A stretch of DNA of 51,251 nt, filler included, from Diploschistes diacapsis (Eukaryota): the NCBI GenBank assembly GCA_023645945.1. It is 3 parts of 3 records of this genome, joined end to end, with 100 filler letters (N's around TTAATTAATTAA, not from the genome) between each part and the next. Parts side by side here need not be neighbours in the genome. Positions count along the whole stretch, not along the records: positions 34,252 to 51,251 come from JALAIB010000475.1; 2 more parts are not named here. One strand, written 5' to 3'. A program made the translations under genes and the position numbers. Position 1 is the stretch's first letter. Every line of letters begins with the position of its first letter. Below, one piece after another: positions 45,865 through 51,251 of this stretch. The notes below the pieces were generated by a model. The model saw only the letters and a program-made list of their open reading frames with translations. It had not been told where the DNA came from and did not search any database.

Positions 45865-47561
45865 ATGGAGGTCAATATCTCTCGAGCGTTACCTTCTGGT
45901 GGCACAGTGCTAGTTTTTAAGCGTATACCCATCGAGACCGTCTATTGATCTGCGAGTTCATCGCTACGCCGATCGGCTCTGCAGGCTTCGATGACAACGA
46001 ATATAACCAAATGGATGACTATGATCTCGGCTTTGAGCGGACCATTACAGTTGAGCATTTGCAGCCCTTGAGGCTTGTCAACAAGGCCTTTGCTGCCGCC
46101 GCTGCTCCTTTTCTTATGAAGGGGATATACTTGGCAGCAACGCCTTTCAGTATCCAGAAATTGACTAGCATCGCAAAGGATGCAGCCTTTTCGAAATACG
46201 TCAAGACGCTCTACCTGTATGTCCTTTCTTTTATCTGCATCGAGGGTATTTTTATGCTTTTAGGAGCCTCACCAATCTAACCATAGCGACTGCCGCCGCT
46301 TCAGCATGGGCAGGTCAACCCATCCAGCGAAGTATGCCAAGACTCTCAACCAAGCCCACATGTTCTCTCGCTGCCCAAAGGCAACACTCCGCGAGGGATA
46401 CAAGACCTACTGCATGCTTTCCAACCAACAGCAAGGTTGCATTGCGGACAACCAGCACGTACGGTCTCTTGCTCTTGCCTTAACTGAAATGAGGAGCGTT
46501 GATGAAATCATGTTTACTAAGCCTTCTTACACTGCCATTACGGCTAGGGCATTTAGGAAGTGGAGGCAAATTCATGAGAACCAAGCAGAGGTGGTAGGAT
46601 CTGATTCTCTGGTCGACCCTGGGTCACCACTAACCACATTTGACTGCAAGATGGGTTTATCTCGAGATACGACCTGTCCCGTCTTAATGTCTGAATATCT
46701 ATCAGTGATTAATCGGCCTGTCTTTGTCTCGCAGATTCGACGCCTAAGGATTCAGAGCTTCAATCCGGAAGAACAGCCCATCTTTCACTTTGTCAATGCC
46801 TTTGGATCACTCCCGGATCTCAGAGCTTCTATGTGAAACATGTTCGGAAACCTCGCTAGTCTGGAGTTGAAGCTCCCTCGTTATCGTCGCCGTCACTCCT
46901 TGCTGGTAGGGATAGGAGTGACAACTCGAACAGGGACTGGGAAAGATTGTTCCTATGGTGTCTTGATGGTGCTCGAGGATTGAAGGCATTGTCTCTGAGT
47001 CTACCTGGCCGCGATCAGATGGATTTTAGGATCATTGTTGATGGTTTCAGTAAGTATTTCCCTTTTTACAGGACCGGTATGTGACACGGATAGCCTCGCT
47101 ACCAATCAATTTCGGGAGCATTCCATTGGGGTTTTCGGCATCTTGCGATAGTTCCATAACTCAAGGGAATCCTCCCAGAATTCGGTTGGAACGAGAGCAT
47201 CGTAGCTTTTGCTTGTATCAAATATTACCTTTCTGACCATGCTTAGGAAAATCTTTCAAGTTTCCACAGCTACACTCCTTGAACCTAAAGGAATCGTTTC
47301 CGCAAGAAGCGCTCATTCGATTCATTCTCAGACATGATTCTACGCTGAAAGATGTCTGCTTGAGTTGCGAAATCATAAACGGTTCATGGAATGGAATACT
47401 TCCGAAAGGGCGGTTTCAATCCGGCAGAACCTGTTACTGTAGAAGACCTCGTATCGCGAGACGATCTATACCGGGCCTTCTACAAGGGCCAAGGAGGTGG
47501 AGCGCAGTTGGAGGATATGTTCGGTGGCGGTATGAGCGACCTGAATTATGAGTCCGTGTAA
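45865..47561 (+). pseudogene. Disrupted F-box/LRR-like gene
   Basis: ATG 45865, FKRIPIETV then a frameshift near 45945 into LICEF...LQPLRLVNKAFAAAAAPFL (F-box-like); intron 46217-46286; in-frame TGA 46834-46836 before NMFGNLASLELKL; frameshift near 46880-46900 into GARGLKALSLSL; intron 47050-47246; FPQLHSLNL...LIRFILRHDSTLKDVCL...GSW; probable further frameshift near 47400. Confidence 0.7.
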
Positions 47562-47918
47562 GACAAGGGTTCGCAGCAGTTTGATCTTAAGCACAATGAC
47601 CGTGTCGATGCTGCAGTACGAGGGTCAACCGTAACACGACACTTGCGAACTTTAAACAATGTTTTATGTCTCGTGCTGCTAGCCGTGACTTTAGGTTCTC
47701 ATATTAGCACCCGTGAAATTGTAATTGTATCCCTCCGCCGTTGCTGCTGATAGGGCTTAGCGAATCCCAGGCGGGGAAAAGGGCAGGTACCCGTAACCAG
47801 GGGAGCTCCAGAACTCGGCTCGGAAACGTCAAAACGCCTGCACCAGCGACAGGGACCTGCCAAAGCTTCATGCACCTCCCATTCCTCCACAAGCTCATCC
47901 CAATATGACGCTCGAAGC

Positions 47919-50900
47919 ATGGACTTCGTAAGAAAATTGACCCTGCTTTAAACCTCCCAGCTGACATATCCACGCAGTGGTCACGGCTTGTACGGGGCAG
48001 CACGCCACAGAAGAAGCGGCCGGTGAATGCTACTGGCACTGTCCCGCAGATCCGCCTACAACAGTTGAAACGTGCGTACAATAGCCTTCTTGTACGTCAT
48101 CGGTTGGCCCACGTTATAGCTGCTGATGTTAGCAGCAACTATGGCATAATGGTGACGGCGTCTCGGACGACGCCTTCGCGGTCGAGAATGTCCGCATCTG
48201 CCTTCATCGACTAGCCGTGCTCCTGAATGACGACCAGCGCGGACCTATACCCCACTTCTGCGTGGCTTTTGCGGCGACGTCGAGGATACCGGTCACCGTT
48301 GCCAGGATCTCGGCGGCATTCCGGAGCGATGCTATCACCCAGGAAGCTTTGAGCATTTGCAGCCTACTTATCGATAGCGAGGAGGAATTTCTGCAAGACC
48401 GAGGGTTCGCAGATATACTGCCAGAGTTCATCGAGAGTATACAGCAGTGTTTACGACGTGGAGGGGATCCAGATATCGAGTCTTCCATGGTGGAGCTGTT
48501 GTTCGGCATCGCCGCGAAGCTACGGGTCGAGCCGCATGTTCTGCGGGTATGGTTTCGACCGGAGAAGCCGGAAGAGGATGACGAAGAGCTTAGCGAGGAC
48601 GAGAGAAGGACTAGATGGGAGGAGTTCCCTCTCTTCTATCTACTTCTCAACTATGTGCCTTCCGAAGGCAGAACCGGAGAATTCGGTAGGATGGCTCTGC
48701 TATACATCATCGAGATGGCGTCGCATTCCTTGGAGCTTGAGAAATGGCTCATCGCGGGCGACATGGCTGCTCTGATGGGCAGTAGCTTGGGAGCTCTATA
48801 CAGTCAATTGAGTAGGAAGCTAGCATTAAAGTATCCAGAAGGGGAAACTCCCCCTATTCTTACATTCTCAGAGCGATTGGAAGCCGAGATTCCCGCCGAC
48901 GCCGAAGCTACAACATCCATGGAGTATCAAGCGCACCTGGGCACGTTCCTTGCCTCCCTGGTCTTCTGGCAGGACTTGCTGGAACATTGCACATCGAACG
49001 ATGTGAAACAAACGTTGCTGGATCACTTCCAGTACCTGTTCCTCCAGCAGCTCCTGTACCCATCGCTCTTGGAATCGTCTGATATTGACGGCGGCTCTTC
49101 CGTCGCAGTATTGACGTACCTTCGCCACATACTCGAATCGATCGACCATCCAGATCTTGTCCGGCTTACCTTGGTGTACCTGTTTGGCCTACAGCAGCAA
49201 TCGAAAGACGTGAAGACGGCTAAGACACCAACATTCTTGGCCCGGCGACGAAAGTCCCAAACTCTGATTGCTCAGCTGGCCAAGCAAGATCAGCCAACCC
49301 CTGAGCTCTTCAACCTTTCAGACTTGATAATGGCTAGCTTGAGGTCAAAAAGTCAGCAGACGATCACGGCAACCCTGCATATTTTGTCGGCTATGCTCCG
49401 GCGACCTCACCATCAAAGCTTAACAACGTTGTTGAGAACTCGGCCTGTGCAGGCTCTCGATACCACGCGTACAATGGGCGGCCAGGAAAAAGAAGTTGAG
49501 AAATTCCTTTCGATAGCTGAAGGCCTCACTGCTTTCCAGGATCTTGAAAGCTCTTTTGACAGACACGTCACGGACAACCGCAACACATTGGAGATGCACC
49601 CTTGCACTGCTCAGTTGCTCTCCCTTCCCGTGAGTAACAAGAACGCCCTTGCGCTAGAGAGTGGAAAGAAAGACCTCAGACACAAGCTGTTACTGCCCGA
49701 GGATCCGACCTTTAAGAGTTTAGTCGGCCTTCTCGACAATTTCTTTCACAACGATGTTGAGACGAACCTGGGCGTCACCCAAGTTCTCGTCGACTTGGCT
49801 TCCTGTGGATACATGCGCCTAGAGGGCTGGCTACTTACATCTCCTAGCTTGTACGAATATCCAAATCAGCCTCCACCTCCGCCATCAGAAGACCCTTTGT
49901 TCGAACAAAGACAGAATGAACTCACTCCCGAAAAACTTTACCGGTTGAAGCTTTCACGCCTGCCGCCCCGAATAGCCCCCGCCACCTCCTCGCCGATTAT
50001 CCAGTGCTTGACTCAACTCACTAAGATAGTCGACACCTTTCGTCGTACGATTCCCTCCTTCGACGCCCACCTGCTCACCTGCCGCAGCATCATCGAGCCC
50101 TCGCCTTCAAACGCATCCTCTCCTAACCCTACACCCTCGCGCTCACCATCCCGTGCTGACCAGACAGACACCCCGAGACCGTCTCGCCACACAGCCCCAA
50201 TCCATCCCTCAACACCCATCCCCATCCCCTCGCGGCTCAACCCTTCAAACGCCTCCACACCCGCTCGCACCGGCTCTCCTCGTGGCCGCCAAACCCTAAG
50301 CGACCCAACGCCCGACCTCGGTACGCCTCCTTCCCTCGTTGCAAGATTAGGCCACCTCGGCTCCTCTCCCACGCGCAGCTCGCCTTCGCACTCTGCAACT
50401 GGCACGCCGTCAAAGGGGCTATCGCGCTCGCCGCTGAGAAGGGAGGCCCTGACTGTTCCGTCCAGGGGCCCGGCCATACCCAATATTCTGCGACGCCGTG
50501 TGCGAATCACCACTGCCGCTGGCAGAGGGCCGAGTGGAACGTATTCGCGTTTGGACAAGGGCGCGGTGGATTCTTCCGAGGAGGAATTTGGGAGAGATGG
50601 AAGAGATGGACAGGGAAGTGGAAGCGAGAGCGACACGAGCGTTGCTGGCGGTGACGGCGCGACCGTTGGCACGCCCTCGAAGAAGATGACGCCGGCCAAA
50701 GCCCCGCATTTGGCAGTTCGGACGAAGAGGGGGCATAGGAAGACGCTGAGCGCCAGCTCTGTGGGGAGAGGGCGGGACATGGCTGCGCTGAATGATATGG
50801 AGTCTTTTTCTGATGGGGAGGAGGATCAAGGTGGAAGGAGTAGGGGAGGAGAAGGGGAAGATGAGGGCATAGGCATCACGAGCCCCACTGCGCCGCATGA

Positions 50901-51207
50901 CGAGCGAAAGGGCAGCAGCGACGGAACGTGGGTAAAAGACAGGAAAGCACGGCGAGGAATGTCCGTGTCTTTGCCCGTCGGTGCCGACGCGTACGGTAGA
51001 AGAGGTGGGGGAAGCAGAAACGGTGCTACAGAAAGTAAAACAAGTACCGGACGAGACGGCGAGGCTGGCGACTCGGACGACAAGGAGGGCACGGTCAGCC
51101 TGGGCCAGCTGTGCACCAACGTGATCGTGCTGCAGGAGTTCGCGCTCGAGCTGGCGGCCATCGTGGAGGTCAGGGGGGCGCTGTTCGACGAGGTGCGGTA
51201 TTTTTAG
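47919..51207 (+). CDS. FTS- and Hook-interacting protein (FHIP/FAM160, RAI16-like), about 1064 aa
   Basis: Exons 47919-47927, 47978-48091, 48136-51207. MDFWSRL start, VELLFGIAAKLR..P..L..WF, FPLFYLLL.YV..EGR.GEFGR, LGALYSQLSRKL, FLQQLLYPSLLESSD.DGGS, FF.NDVETNL, and C-terminal TNVIVLQEFALELAAIVEVR. Confidence 0.9.
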
Positions 51208-51251
51208 CCGTAGGGGTTAGGCTACGGAGGACTGAAGTATGGAGAAGGGGG

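Noticed and set aside
46834..46836. In-frame TGA as an RNA-editing, read-through or selenocysteine site
   Set aside because: The same gene carries frameshifts, so simple pseudogenisation is more parsimonious.
7639..51207. Functional cluster of endolysosomal/organelle genes (tsc2, mon1, CCDC47, mdm34, FHIP)
   Set aside because: Unrelated housekeeping genes are interleaved and they lie on three different contigs; no shared regulatory motif seen.

Overview
Gene-dense, intron-containing DNA from a filamentous ascomycete (Pezizomycotina-type introns: GT donors, CTRAY branch, YAG acceptors). It is three contigs joined by two artificial 100-nt N spacers containing TTAATTAATTAA. Recognisable genes are TSC2/tuberin, CSE1 exportin, SGS1/RecQ helicase, MON1, glyoxalase I, a DUF2433-type metallophosphoesterase-like protein with an RGG tail, a putative mitochondrial PPR-like protein, CCDC47/DUF1682, MDM34 and FHIP (RAI16-like), plus two hypothetical proteins and an F-box/LRR-like pseudogene. 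Exon structures were rebuilt by hand and give whole-codon lengths. The most interesting items are: a secreted, probably GPI-anchored protein with a truncated (2/2) haemoglobin-like core; a glyoxalase I with one of its two active sites apparently decaying, including a mutated splice acceptor; a 106-bp Tc1/impala-type MITE with a perfect 40-bp hairpin upstream of CCDC47; an atypical phosphoesterase-RRM-RGG protein; and recurrent C-rich to G-rich skew switches. All family assignments rest on motif recognition; no database searches were run.
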